A DNA stretch of 64,000 nt from an uncultured Desulfatitalea sp. (lineage in GTDB: Bacteria; Desulfobacterota; Desulfobacteria; Desulfobacterales; Desulfosarcinaceae). Location of the stretch: the NCBI GenBank assembly GCA_963668675.2, contig CAXXMB010000001.1, positions 800,001 to 864,000 of the forward strand, in the 5' to 3' direction. This document shows, in pieces, positions 30,365 to 40,464 of this stretch; position 1 is the stretch's first letter, and each line of letters begins with the position of its first letter. The notes under the pieces were generated by a model. It saw only the letters and a program-made list of their open reading frames with translations. It ran no database searches and was not told where the DNA came from. A program made the translations under genes and the position numbers.

Positions 30365-30646
30365 TTACCCGGTGTAATCAACTCGCTCCTTGAGCTCTTT
30401 GCCGCAACGGAAAAAGGGTAGTTTCTTTGGGCTTACCTGAACTGGATCACCCGTTTTTGGATTTCGGCCGGTATACGATTTGTAGGTTTTTACGAATATG
30501 CTTCCAAAGCCTCGAATTTCCACTCTTTCGCCTTTAGAGAGCGCTTCAGCCATCGTGTTGAAAAATGTATCTACAATAAATTCAGACTGTTGTCGCGTAA
30601 ATCCATTCTGGTTTTTCAGCTCGTTGACAAGATCGGCCTTGTTCAT
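30365..30646 (-). CDS. ihfB: Integration host factor beta / HU family DNA-binding protein
   Basis: MNKADL, GERVEIRGFGS, GRNPKTG and PFFRCGKELKERV motifs. Confidence 0.88.
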   Translation of the reverse strand: MNKADLVNELKNQNGFTRQQSEFIVDTFFNTMAEALSKGERVEIRGFGSIFVKTYKSYTGRNPKTGDPVQVSPKKLPFFRCGKELKERVDYTG

Positions 30647-30675
30647 TTTCTCCTCCTTAATTCAATTAAATCAGC

Positions 30676-30704
30676 ATCATATAGATACTTATGGCGCTTG
30701 TCAA
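30676..30704 (-). promoter_or_regulatory. Sigma70 promoter of ihfB
   Basis: TTGACA-N17-TATGAT on the minus strand, about 30 nt upstream of the start; AAGGAGGAG RBS. Confidence 0.7.
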
Positions 30705-30762
30705 CCAAGGTTCTCATCTATTACGGCATTTGATGGATTGGGGCCTCAGCATTTGGTTTGGA

Positions 30763-30850
30763 TGGTGCCTGGAGCCGGAATCGAACCGGCACGAAGTTAA
30801 ACTTCGAGGGATTTTAAGTCCCTTGCGTCTACCTATTCCGCCATCCAGGC
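30763..30850 (-). tRNA. tRNA-Leu (anticodon UAA)
   Basis: Minus strand reads GCCTGGATGGCGGAATAGGTAGACGCAAGGGAC-TTAAAA-TCCC...GCCGGTTCGATTCCGGCTCCAGGCACCA: paired acceptor stem, long variable arm, T-loop GTTCGA and encoded CCA. Confidence 0.97.
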
Positions 30851-31179
30851 GAGCACTTTCATGGCCATGCAACAGTTGATCAAATGGTTGATCAAAGGAA
30901 GGAACTTGAGGCTATTTACCACACGCCTTGAGATTGTCAAGTCAACCATACGATCTTGTTAAGGATGTGCTCATTTCCAATCATGAGGGAGAGATCGATA
31001 CTTCCAGTAAGGGTGACCGGCTGCCCCAAACACCAAATCCAGTCCGGGATTCACCTTGAACCAATATGAATTCGTTTGAATTTATTGGTTATTTGTCGTA
31101 AAGAAGAGGTCAATCAATGAAAACATGCTGGCGGTTGGCAGCTTTTTCTTGGGATTCTAACTATGAGAGGAAGAGAGAG

Positions 31180-31779
31180 ATGATATACAAAACCGTCGTC
31201 ATATTACTGGTATGCCTATTGGGTGCCGCGGTATGTTCCGCAAACTCATGGGAGATCGATTTAACGGCAGGCACCACCACCGTGGCTGGTGGGGTGCACT
31301 ACAAGGACTATCTCGATTCAGGTTACTACAGAGTCGGGACATCGGGAATTCATAAGGATGATGACGACACGGAATACACAATGGGCTCTTTGGACCTGAC
31401 CGTCGGCAGCGATACGCTTGTTCCAGGACTGTTTTGCGATGTCGGTTTTCGAGGGATCTATGGAAACGCCGAAGAAGATGCCCGTTCAGGAGATTTCGGC
31501 GCACTCGCCTTCACCGGATCGGCTGGATATCTCTTCCCATCCGACATGATTCCCATACCTGTCGAGATTTTCGGTGGCCTGACCTGGGCACCGGGCCCAT
31601 TGGCCTTCGAAGATGCCGACAGCTACCTGGAGTTCAATTTCGGTGTTGGTGTGCGCATCATACGAAACGCATCCATCGTGGCCTCCTACACCAAGTACCG
31701 CATAGAGATGGATTCGGGGCCAAACGACTGGACATTTGAAGACGACCTGTTTCGCGTCGGGCTGGTCATGCGGTTTTGA
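31180..31779 (+). CDS. Outer-membrane beta-barrel protein (YfaZ-like)
   Basis: Signal peptide, alternating beta-strand pattern, C-terminal Phe (VGLVMRF). Confidence 0.6.
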   Translation: MIYKTVVILLVCLLGAAVCSANSWEIDLTAGTTTVAGGVHYKDYLDSGYYRVGTSGIHKDDDDTEYTMGSLDLTVGSDTLVPGLFCDVGFRGIYGNAEEDARSGDFGALAFTGSAGYLFPSDMIPIPVEIFGGLTWAPGPLAFEDADSYLEFNFGVGVRIIRNASIVASYTKYRIEMDSGPNDWTFEDDLFRVGLVMRF

Positions 31780-31826
31780 TCTGAAACATTCTCAAAGAGG
31801 GGCGGGCTGCTATATTACGAATTGGA

Positions 31827-34800
31827 TCAGAACGCTTGTGCCGATGAGAGCAGCGGTTCAAAAATCTGAAGGGCCACCTTTTGGAAATCTTCCGAGAAGG
31901 GAGGTTGCCTGCGAAAACAGAGCTGATGGTATGGATCATCCCCCTCTCCTGGTACGTATGGGCTGCCATTCCACGCATGTTCGGCATAGGTCAATGCTTC
32001 AAACGGAGTGCGCTCATTGACAATCGTTTGATAGGCGTAAACAAAGCTCGACTGGCAGTAGAATGGCAAAGGAGCATGCAGCCCCTGCCAGTAGAGATCC
32101 AAAAAAAGAGATAATATCTCATCGGCCCTTTCAAGCGGACCTATCTGCCATATCTCGTCCTTGCAAACCAGCGTGCTGAACCTTGCCACCTCCCGATCCT
32201 CGCAGAAGTGCAACGCCATATGGGAGACAAAAAGCGCCAACAGATCCTTTCCGCGCGGCTTCCCCATCCGATAGACGATACGCCCTTGTGGATAGACCCG
32301 ATCGATTTCGCCCTTTATCGAAAACGGAGTGATCTCTTTCTCGATCAGAATGGAACGCGGTGTGGTATTTGGAAGAATACCATCGAGGGTCTGCATAAAA
32401 TTGAGAACCTCATCCGCTTGCTGCTCATATTGAACTCGCCCCGCAGCACCGTGGGGCAATAGATTCGTTGCCCTTGCAATGCGAAACGCCCCCTGCCTTG
32501 ACACCCCCGCCGAGAACGAATGGAGCAGTTGTTGATTGAGCTGGTAACGCTCCAGTGCATTGAGTTTGAAACTCTCCCTGTCCTCCAGGGCATCCTCCTC
32601 TGATCCCAACCGGATCCCCAGGCGATGCTGCATGAGGTGTTTGATCGGATGGGACCAGAATCTTCCCAGGTCGGTCCAGTCGCACTGTTGCCACTGGCGA
32701 TCGGCATCCGGCAACGGATCTGAAAAGAGCGGTTGAATTGGGCTGGGGGCAAGCAATGCCTCGGCGGCATCGCAATTCGCCTTACTGTAGCTGAACAGAT
32801 TCGGGGTTTCACCGCTGAAATAGGCAGTCGAGAAAGCGTGAAGCGGGTGGCGGACGACAACCTCATCTGATGAAATACCGTACCCTTCGCCAACATACTC
32901 GATCAGTTCGTCGACGACCACTGATGGCGGAATGGTCGAATTATCCTGGATACTTTGACCGACATAGCTCAAGTAGAAAGTGTGCCGTGCAGAGATCAGG
33001 GTCTCCAGGAAAAGATAGCGGTCGTCGTTTCGTTTGGAACGATCTCCAGGCCGTGGCTCGGCACCAATCAGGTTGAAACCGGGTTCGCGGTTTTCGCGGG
33101 GAAAGGCGTCGTGGTTCATTCCGAGCAGGCAGATCACCTTGAAAGGAATGCTGCGCATGGGCAACATGGCGCAGAAGGTCACCCCTCCGGCCATGAAGCC
33201 ACTTTCTCGGGTTGATTGATTGAGCGTATCCTTTACATGCTGGCGAATCACCTCGAAAGAGAGCAGTGTATGATTGCTCAGATGAGACCCGGTCCGCACC
33301 ATCTCCCCTGTCTTTACCATCTGCCCTGTCCTTACCATCTGATCGATAACGGACCGCAGGGGTTGGACGTCGTGATCATCCTGCTGTTCGACCAGGAAAA
33401 AGCGATCGAAAAGGGCAAGCATCTTCGCACCCCACTCATCGAGGGTTGCACTGGCGTGGAGCATCGCATTACACTCATTCAGTGATTCGACAAACTGGGC
33501 GAACTGGCCAAGCGTCTCCCCCTCCCCTGCTACCATCTCCTCGAAAGGCAACGTTTCCTTGAAGAGGCGCCCTCGAGCCCGCGCCATACTGAAGCCGAGG
33601 AGCAGGCGGTCCAGCCCCTCCTGCCATGTGTTCTCCCTGAAACCCGGGAGCCCGTGACGTCGACGATCGGCACCGTCCCATCCCCAACGGACCCTCGTCT
33701 CTCTCACCCATCGGTGGATGACCGCCAGGTCCGCTTCACTAAGCCCAAAGCGCTTATGAACGGCCCGGTACGATAGCAGGTTCAACACCCGGGAGGACTC
33801 CAGTCTTCCGCCAACCATGTCGAGCAGTTGGACAAACGCATCGATCATCGCGTTTTCTCTCAGTATGCTTTGGTCGGCCACACTGTAGGGCAGTTGCGCC
33901 CCCATGGCATCGGAGCTTCCAAAGGCAGCATGGATAAAGGGCGCATAGGTGCCTATATCGGGAGCCATCACGAGGATCTCCCTGGGTTGAAGCCCGGGAA
34001 TGTGGTTCAGCATATCGAGCAGCTGATCGTGAAGCACCTCTATTTCACGCATCGGGCTGTGGCAGTTGTGGACACGCAGGGTGCCATCGTCCCTGACACT
34101 TGCCGTATCGGCATTTCCCTCAGTCGTTAGCGGGTCCACCAGATCGAGGATGTCTTGCTGAATTCTTCCCAGCAATTGCTCGTGCCGGTTCTCTCTGAAC
34201 GCTTCATGGTGAAGGGCCTGACACTGGTGGATAAAGTCGAAGAACTGTTTTCCCAGCGCCCCCAAAGTGGCCAGTAACCGGTTGCCGCGTTCTAGATAGA
34301 GCGCTTCGTTGCTCAGGGGAGCCCCCCCGCGGGATCGGATGCGAATCATCTGTTGATCCGAAACGATGTCCGACCAGTATTGGCGACAGGGGTTGAGCAG
34401 GAAGAGGTAAACCGGAATTCGTTGCGATAGTGCTTCGAGCACCTGTAGATGAAAAGGCGGCAGATGGGAAATACCGAAGACGGAGATTCGTGACGGTAGA
34501 TCGTCCAACTCGTAGACTGGATCGGAGAGGACTTCCACCAACCTTTTTTGAAGTGCCGATCGATGAACACCGTTCTGTTCCGACCTGAGGGCACGCCACA
34601 AGTGGGCCTGCCACCTTTGGGTCTCTGGCAGTTTTTCGATGCCTCCCCTCTCCTCCTCCCAGGCAAACAGCCAATCAGGTCGGAACACCGCATACTGGTC
34701 CAACATATCGGCCAGCTTGCGGCACAGTTGATATCGCTTTATCGGGCGGTCGTCAGTTGCCAGGTATCTGGACAGAGGATCGAAATCCTTGTGATCCAGC

Positions 34801-35123
34801 AACCCAGGCAGCAGGTGGAAGATGCGAAAGGTAAGCACCTGTTTTTCATAGGCGTCGGTTGCTTGGGCGGCTTCCTTCACAACGCCGCAAAGTTGTTGGA
34901 TGAATGCATTGGGAAATGGAAATTGCACATTGGCGCAGATCCCATTGGCTTGAGCAATCGCCATGGAGATCCAGCGTTGCATGCCTTTGCTCTGCACCAG
35001 GACGATATCCGGTTGAAAGGCATCGGCACTTCCCTTCCCGGGAGGGGTGCCCAAAACCTCAGCCAAAGCACTTGCCAGCACTTCCATGTGATTGCTGTTG
35101 ATAAGGTGCAGCCCCTTGGGCAT
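31827..35123 (-). CDS. recC: Exodeoxyribonuclease V gamma subunit
   Basis: SNHMEVL, VQSKGMQRW, LNPCRQYW, CHSPMREIEVLHDQLL, FCAMLPMRSIPFKVICLLGMN and DRYLFLE motifs. Confidence 0.95.
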   Translation of the reverse strand: MPKGLHLINSNHMEVLASALAEVLGTPPGKGSADAFQPDIVLVQSKGMQRWISMAIAQANGICANVQFPFPNAFIQQLCGVVKEAAQATDAYEKQVLTFRIFHLLPGLLDHKDFDPLSRYLATDDRPIKRYQLCRKLADMLDQYAVFRPDWLFAWEEERGGIEKLPETQRWQAHLWRALRSEQNGVHRSALQKRLVEVLSDPVYELDDLPSRISVFGISHLPPFHLQVLEALSQRIPVYLFLLNPCRQYWSDIVSDQQMIRIRSRGGAPLSNEALYLERGNRLLATLGALGKQFFDFIHQCQALHHEAFRENRHEQLLGRIQQDILDLVDPLTTEGNADTASVRDDGTLRVHNCHSPMREIEVLHDQLLDMLNHIPGLQPREILVMAPDIGTYAPFIHAAFGSSDAMGAQLPYSVADQSILRENAMIDAFVQLLDMVGGRLESSRVLNLLSYRAVHKRFGLSEADLAVIHRWVRETRVRWGWDGADRRRHGLPGFRENTWQEGLDRLLLGFSMARARGRLFKETLPFEEMVAGEGETLGQFAQFVESLNECNAMLHASATLDEWGAKMLALFDRFFLVEQQDDHDVQPLRSVIDQMVRTGQMVKTGEMVRTGSHLSNHTLLSFEVIRQHVKDTLNQSTRESGFMAGGVTFCAMLPMRSIPFKVICLLGMNHDAFPRENREPGFNLIGAEPRPGDRSKRNDDRYLFLETLISARHTFYLSYVGQSIQDNSTIPPSVVVDELIEYVGEGYGISSDEVVVRHPLHAFSTAYFSGETPNLFSYSKANCDAAEALLAPSPIQPLFSDPLPDADRQWQQCDWTDLGRFWSHPIKHLMQHRLGIRLGSEEDALEDRESFKLNALERYQLNQQLLHSFSAGVSRQGAFRIARATNLLPHGAAGRVQYEQQADEVLNFMQTLDGILPNTTPRSILIEKEITPFSIKGEIDRVYPQGRIVYRMGKPRGKDLLALFVSHMALHFCEDREVARFSTLVCKDEIWQIGPLERADEILSLFLDLYWQGLHAPLPFYCQSSFVYAYQTIVNERTPFEALTYAEHAWNGSPYVPGEGDDPYHQLCFRRQPPFSEDFQKVALQIFEPLLSSAQAF
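33288..33341. repeat. 18-bp tandem repeat x3 inside recC
   Basis: CCCGGTCCGCACCATCTC / CCCTGTCTTTACCATCTG / CCCTGTCCTTACCATCTG, encoding QMVRTG-QMVKTG-EMVRTG. Confidence 0.8.
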
Positions 35124-35277
35124 TGGACGTGGTCCTTGGTACATCGCGCGCGGATTAACAAAAAGGCACCGGCTCCCATCGACGATGCTTCGTGTCGGAG
35201 GTGACGCATGACAGGTGCCGGCGCCGGTTTGGCCATTAAAATGAGTTTTGCATCGAAACCATCACGGATCGAGACGT

Positions 35278-35934
35278 TTAAGCCAACTCAATCACTTTTT
35301 TGACCAGCTTTTCAATGCCTGCTGCAACATCCTTTACGCCGGGGCCCAGCATGTAGGCGGGTGTGGTCACAATTTTGTGGGCTTGATCCACATGGATCTG
35401 GTCCACCTGGCAGTTGACATGTTTGGCCCCCATGGATTCGATGGCTGCGGCTGTGCCAACATCGTTTCCTATGGTGACCTCGGGATTCAGGTGTCCCAGC
35501 GCCCGGGCTACAGTTGCCGGAGCAATGCACAAGGCGCCAATGGGTTTTTTAGCGGCGGTCATCTCATCGAGAACCCGTTGAACCTCGGGATTGACCTGTG
35601 CGTCTGGGCCCTTTACCGCAAAGTCGCTCAGGTTCTTGGCCGCTCCGAACCCACCCGGAATGATCAAGGCATCGAGCTGATCGGCGTGGACCGTTGCCAG
35701 ATCTTCTATGGCCCCACGTGCAATCCTTGCCGATTCGACCATAATGTTTCTCTGCTGGTCCATTTCCGATTGGTCGGTGTGATCGATCACATGCATCTGG
35801 TCGCCATTGGGAGCCATGCAGACGATCTCTGCGCCGGCTTGATCGAGAAAGAGCAGGGTGAGCACGGCCTCGTGAATTTCAGAGCCGTCAAACACACCGC
35901 AACCACACAACAACACGCCAATTTTTTTACCCAT
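35278..35934 (-). CDS. elbB: ElbB/ES1 family glyoxalase (DJ-1/PfpI superfamily)
   Basis: GCGVFDGSEIHEAV, ESARIARG, PGGFGAAKNL, CIAP and TTPAYM motifs. Confidence 0.9.
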   Translation of the reverse strand: MGKKIGVLLCGCGVFDGSEIHEAVLTLLFLDQAGAEIVCMAPNGDQMHVIDHTDQSEMDQQRNIMVESARIARGAIEDLATVHADQLDALIIPGGFGAAKNLSDFAVKGPDAQVNPEVQRVLDEMTAAKKPIGALCIAPATVARALGHLNPEVTIGNDVGTAAAIESMGAKHVNCQVDQIHVDQAHKIVTTPAYMLGPGVKDVAAGIEKLVKKVIELA

Positions 35935-35984
35935 CGTTCATCTCCTTTAAAAATGCGTTGCGCGAATATAAAAAATTTTACGGG

Positions 35985-36368
35985 TTACCCCAATACATGT
36001 TTTTCAAGCGCAAAACAGGTGAACATCCCCTGGAATATGGTCTCCTCTCCAGCCGAAACCGACACCGCGACCCACTGCTTCTTTCCCTGCACCTCTTCAA
36101 CCTTGGCTTTTGCGCTAACCTGATCACCAACACGAACCGGCTTCAGGAACTTGACATCCGCTGCACCCAAGACGACATTGGGATGATTGACGGCGATCAT
36201 GGCAGCGTAATCGGCCAGACCAAAGATAAAACCGCCGTGGACCAAACCGGTCTGGTCCGCAATCATGGCTTGGGAAGTGTCGAGCACCACATGACTGTAA
36301 CCCTGCTTAACCTCCACTGGGCGACCGCAAAGATGGGGATCGATGGCTTGGTGGGTGATGATATCCAT
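35985..36368 (-). CDS. Hotdog-fold thioesterase (PaaI family)
   Basis: GLVHGGFIFGLADYAAM and VKFLKPVRVGD motifs. Confidence 0.85.
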   Translation of the reverse strand: MDIITHQAIDPHLCGRPVEVKQGYSHVVLDTSQAMIADQTGLVHGGFIFGLADYAAMIAVNHPNVVLGAADVKFLKPVRVGDQVSAKAKVEEVQGKKQWVAVSVSAGEETIFQGMFTCFALEKHVLG

Positions 36369-36592
36369 TTGCGTCCTCTCTTTCTGCTAAATAGGCGGCG
36401 GTGAGCATCCGTTTTTTAAATGGAGATGGCCGGGAAAAGGGCCTAAATTCAATGGAAATCCAGTATATTCCATGCTATAAGGCCTTAAAGGCTGACGGTT
36501 CGAATTATAGGCAAAGCCGTTTGAAGAAGTCAAACACAACTCATCATGAATTTCACCACCCATCTTAGCTGTACAGGAGAATCTGCGGACCC

Positions 36593-37717
36593 ATGAAAAA
36601 GACAGATATGACTCAACACCGCCTTTCTGAAATTCGCAGTCGCATGCAGGAAAACGATCTCGATGCACTGCTGGTTCTGATCGAAGAGAACCGACGGTAT
36701 CTGAGTGGATTCACCGGTGAAGATCATCAATTCGACGAGTCCGCCGGCGCCTTGCTGATCACCAGCGGCAACCAGATACTTGCCACCGATTCGCGATTCG
36801 AGATTCAAGCGGCCAATGAGGCACCGCTGTTCGAGGTGGTGATCTATCGAAACGGTTTGGCCAAGGAGTTGAAGGTTCTGGCAGAGAAATTGGCCATCAA
36901 GCGAATGGGATTTGAAAGCAATCGGATATCCGTACAGCAGCACGCCCTTATCTATAAGGAGTTGGAGAACCTGCCCGATCCGATGGCGCTGATCCCGATG
37001 GAGGGCCTGGTCGAAGCCATGCGGGTGATCAAGTCGCGTGAAGAGATCGACAAGACGTCAAAGGCGCTATGGATGGCCGAAGATGTGTTTCGCCATGTGG
37101 TAAAAAGCCTCAAACCGGGCATGACCGAAAAGCAGGTGGCCTGGCAGATGGAAGCGGGCATGCGCACCGCAGGTGCCGACAGCCTCTCCTTCCCGGTGAT
37201 TTTGGCTGCCGGGCCCAACAGTGCCCTGCCCCATGCCATCCCGACCGATCGCGAAATCCGGATAGGTGAGCCGATCCTTTTCGACTGGGGTGTCAGGCTG
37301 AACGGTTACTGCTCCGATTCGTCCCGCACGGTGATCCTCGGCCCGCCGGACGACACCTTCCTGACTGTCTTCAATACAGTATTGGAGGCCCAACAAAAAG
37401 CCATTGCCGCCATCAAGGAGGGTGCCAGCTCCCGGTCGGTGGATGCCGTTGCACGCGATTACATCCACAACCATGGATTCGAAGGCAAATTCGGTCATGG
37501 GCTCGGCCACGGAACCGGTCTTGCGGTTCACGAGGCGCCACGCCTGAGCCCCCTAAAAGAGACAACGCTGCGCAGCGGCATGATTGTAACCGTTGAGCCG
37601 GGCATCTATCTGCCCGAATGGGGCGGTGTGCGCATCGAAAATCAGGTTGTCGTCACGGTTGATGGCGCCGATGTGCCGAGTAAATTGAGTACGGATTACC
37701 GAATCGATCAAATTTAA
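36593..37717 (+). CDS. Xaa-Pro aminopeptidase/dipeptidase (M24B)
   Basis: YLSGFTG, PHA, GYCSD, HGLGHGTGLAVHEAP and TVEPGIYLPEWGGVRIE motifs. Confidence 0.92.
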   Translation: MKKTDMTQHRLSEIRSRMQENDLDALLVLIEENRRYLSGFTGEDHQFDESAGALLITSGNQILATDSRFEIQAANEAPLFEVVIYRNGLAKELKVLAEKLAIKRMGFESNRISVQQHALIYKELENLPDPMALIPMEGLVEAMRVIKSREEIDKTSKALWMAEDVFRHVVKSLKPGMTEKQVAWQMEAGMRTAGADSLSFPVILAAGPNSALPHAIPTDREIRIGEPILFDWGVRLNGYCSDSSRTVILGPPDDTFLTVFNTVLEAQQKAIAAIKEGASSRSVDAVARDYIHNHGFEGKFGHGLGHGTGLAVHEAPRLSPLKETTLRSGMIVTVEPGIYLPEWGGVRIENQVVVTVDGADVPSKLSTDYRIDQI

Positions 37718-37763
37718 ACCAACACATTTCATAGTAGATCGCCAAACGAGGCAAACGTGGCTT

Positions 37764-38672
37764 ATGCCCAGGACTGAAACAGAGATCGGCCAATGGGTCG
37801 ACCCATACATCAACCATTTGATTGTCGAAAAGGGGTTGGCGCAAAAAACCATTGAGGCTTACAGCGCCGACCTGAACACCTTCCTGGCATTTCTCGAGAC
37901 ACAGCAGATCTCCCATATTGAAGCAGCGGACACCGCCGCAATTCTCAAGTACCTGATCGATTTAAGAAAAACGGGACGCGGCGCAAGGACAAGGGCACGC
38001 CACCTTGTCGCCATTCGGGGGTTCTATCACTTCTTAACCCAAAAAGGCGCACTTCAGCGGAACAGCGCCAAGATGGTCGATCTGCCTAAAAGTGGCTTGA
38101 AACTGCCGGATGTGCTCAGCCAGGAAGATGTTGCCCTGTTGTTGTCGATGCCCGATTTGGAAAAACCACTGGGAATGCGAGATGCAGCGATGCTGGAAAC
38201 CCTTTACGCCGCCGGTCTGCGCGTTTCCGAATTGATCAATCTGTTGGTAAACACCGTGAATCTGGAGGCCGGTTTTGTCCGCGTTGTCGGTAAAGGCAAC
38301 AAAGAGCGGATCGTGCCTATCGGCACAAAGGCGCTTGAACGCCTGCAAATCTATCTGACCCACGGCCGCCCCCTGCTGATCAAAGAGCACAGCAGTCGAT
38401 TCATGTTCGTTGCCAGAGCGGGAAAACCCATGACCCGACAGGGTTTCTGGAAATTGTTAAAGCGATACACCCTCCAGGCCGGTATCACCAAAAACGTTAC
38501 CCCTCACAGCCTGCGCCACTCTTTTGCCAGCCACCTGCTCGAAGGCGGCGCCGATCTGCGGGCCGTTCAAATGATGCTGGGGCATGTCGACATCGCCACC
38601 ACACAGATCTATACGCATGTGGCGCAACAACGCCTCATCGAGATACATCGTCAATACCACCCACGAGGCTGA
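37764..38672 (+). CDS. xerD: Site-specific tyrosine recombinase XerD
   Basis: LYAAGLRVSEL, GKGNKERIVP, MTRQGFW, TPHSLRHSFASHLLEGGADLR, LGHVDIATTQIYTHV and HPRG. Confidence 0.93.
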   Translation: MPRTETEIGQWVDPYINHLIVEKGLAQKTIEAYSADLNTFLAFLETQQISHIEAADTAAILKYLIDLRKTGRGARTRARHLVAIRGFYHFLTQKGALQRNSAKMVDLPKSGLKLPDVLSQEDVALLLSMPDLEKPLGMRDAAMLETLYAAGLRVSELINLLVNTVNLEAGFVRVVGKGNKERIVPIGTKALERLQIYLTHGRPLLIKEHSSRFMFVARAGKPMTRQGFWKLLKRYTLQAGITKNVTPHSLRHSFASHLLEGGADLRAVQMMLGHVDIATTQIYTHVAQQRLIEIHRQYHPRG

Positions 38673-38691
38673 TCGCCATAAGGCGCCATGT

Positions 38692-38720
38692 TTGACAGCC
38701 GTCGGGATAACGTTTATTAA
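38692..38720 (+). promoter_or_regulatory. Sigma70-type promoter upstream of pfaD
   Basis: TTGACA-N17-TATTAA, 66 nt before the start. Confidence 0.55.
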
Positions 38721-38786
38721 CGGCATTTCGATTGGAAGACATAACAGCCGCCATTCGTTCGGATAGCCAACGCATAAGGGGTTTCG

Positions 38787-40433
38787 ATGTTGTTAAAACA
38801 GGATGAAGTCATCACGACAGCCAAGTGGATCGGAAATGCCAAAGAGCTTCGTTCAGGCGTTACCGCATTCAAGGAGGCCATCGCCAATATTTGCCGCCCC
38901 ATTTTTGTTGTCGAGCATTCAGATGAAGCGGCAGTGACCCATAACGGTACCATGATCTGGGGGCAATCGACAAATTCCGAAGCCTCGGGTAAACCACTGC
39001 TCGGTTTCGCACCACCTGTTCAGCCTGCCGATCTCGGTGATCCCCTTTTCCGGCGGGATCTCAACCTGCGCTATAACTATGTGGTTGGCGCCATGGCCAA
39101 TGGCATCACCTCTATAGAAATGGTACAGGCAGCCGGTGAAGCTGGGCTGATTGGCTTTTTCGGTGCCGGAGGGCTATCCCTGGATCAGGTGGCAGCAGCC
39201 ATTGATCGTCTGGCGAAAGCTCCGTCGAAGATGCCTTATGGCTTCAATCTCATACACAGCCCCAATGATCCCCAACTTGAAGAGGCTGTGGTCGATCTTT
39301 ATATCAGTAAAGGCATCCGCCTGGTCAGCGCTTCGGCCTATTTGGGACTCACGCTTCCGCTGGTCTATTTTCGCGTCAAAGGCATTCACCAAACGTCAGA
39401 GGGGACCATTGTCTGCCCCAATCGGATTGTGGCTAAGGTGTCGCGTATCGAGGTGGCACGTAAATTTTTTGCCCCGCCGCCAGAGAAATTTTTAAACATC
39501 CTGGTCGATCAGGGTAAAATCAGTGAGCAGGAGGCACGCCTGGCATTGCGCATCCCAATGGCCCAAGACATAACAGCCGAAGCCGACTCCGGAGGCCATA
39601 CGGATAACCGCCCTGCCCTTACCCTGCTGCCGACCTTTTTGGCCCTTCGAGATGAGGCCATGCAGCTCTACCGTTTTCCGGAGCACCTGCGCGTCGGCCT
39701 GGGCGGCGGCATCGCTACACCCGAATCAACTGCCGCCGCCTTCTCCCTGGGCGCCGCCTATGTATTGACAGGCTCGATCAACCAGGCGTGTGTGGAGGCG
39801 GACACCTCCGATGCCGTCAGGGAGATGCTTGCCCAGGCGGTTCAAGCCGATGTCACCATGGCGCCATCGGCTGATATGTTTGAATTGGGAGCAAAAGTGC
39901 AGGTGCTCAAACGGGGTACCATGTTCGCCATGCGTGCCTCCAGGCTTTATGAGCTCTATCGCGGTCATGACCGCTATGAGCAGATACCGGACAGCATCCG
40001 GGCCACCATTGAAAAGGATTACCTACAAGCTTCCTTCGAAGAGAGTTGGCGCGAGACCCGCCTCTTTTTCGAGCATCGTGATCCGTCACAAATTGAGCGC
40101 GCTGAGCAAGACGAAAAGCACAAGATGGCACTGGTTTTCCGATCCTATCTGGGAAGAGCATCCCTATGGGCCAAAAACGGTGACCCGGCGCGTAAGATCG
40201 ACTATCAGATCTGGTGTGGTCCGGCCATGGGTGCCTTCAACGCCTGGGCAAAGGGCTCGTGCCTTGAGAAGCCGACCGACCGGCGTGTCGCTGAAGTGGG
40301 CATGAACCTGCTGTTTGGCGCAGCCGGATTACTGAGATGCAACTGGTTGCGGAGCCAAGGAATTAGCATACCAGCCCAGGCGGCCCTGTTTCACCCGATA
40401 CCCTTGGCTGAAATAGAACGGAGAATGGCATAG
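38787..40433 (+). CDS. pfaD: PfaD-family enoyl reductase (PUFA/polyketide synthase)
   Basis: GAMANGI, NLIHSP, AKVSR, EADSGGHTDNRP, VLTGSINQ, MAPSADMFELG and DYQIWCGPAMGAFN motifs. Confidence 0.93.
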   Translation: MLLKQDEVITTAKWIGNAKELRSGVTAFKEAIANICRPIFVVEHSDEAAVTHNGTMIWGQSTNSEASGKPLLGFAPPVQPADLGDPLFRRDLNLRYNYVVGAMANGITSIEMVQAAGEAGLIGFFGAGGLSLDQVAAAIDRLAKAPSKMPYGFNLIHSPNDPQLEEAVVDLYISKGIRLVSASAYLGLTLPLVYFRVKGIHQTSEGTIVCPNRIVAKVSRIEVARKFFAPPPEKFLNILVDQGKISEQEARLALRIPMAQDITAEADSGGHTDNRPALTLLPTFLALRDEAMQLYRFPEHLRVGLGGGIATPESTAAAFSLGAAYVLTGSINQACVEADTSDAVREMLAQAVQADVTMAPSADMFELGAKVQVLKRGTMFAMRASRLYELYRGHDRYEQIPDSIRATIEKDYLQASFEESWRETRLFFEHRDPSQIERAEQDEKHKMALVFRSYLGRASLWAKNGDPARKIDYQIWCGPAMGAFNAWAKGSCLEKPTDRRVAEVGMNLLFGAAGLLRCNWLRSQGISIPAQAALFHPIPLAEIERRMA

Positions 40434-40464
40434 CCTGTATGGGCATCCCTTCCACATCGCCGAA

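Noticed and set aside
30763..30850. tRNA-Leu as an island integration site
   Set aside because: No duplicated tRNA 3' end or integrase was seen, and ihfB follows directly.
30875..30896. GTTGATCAAA direct repeat upstream of the tRNA as an FNR box
   Set aside because: The spacing does not fit TTGAT-N4-ATCAA, and the repeat is too short to call.
35248..36123. 291-aa + strand ORF
   Set aside because: It is antisense to elbB and the thioesterase and has no recognisable motifs.
37764..38672. Tyrosine recombinase as a prophage or island integrase
   Set aside because: It has XerD-specific motifs, housekeeping neighbours, and no att repeats or phage genes.
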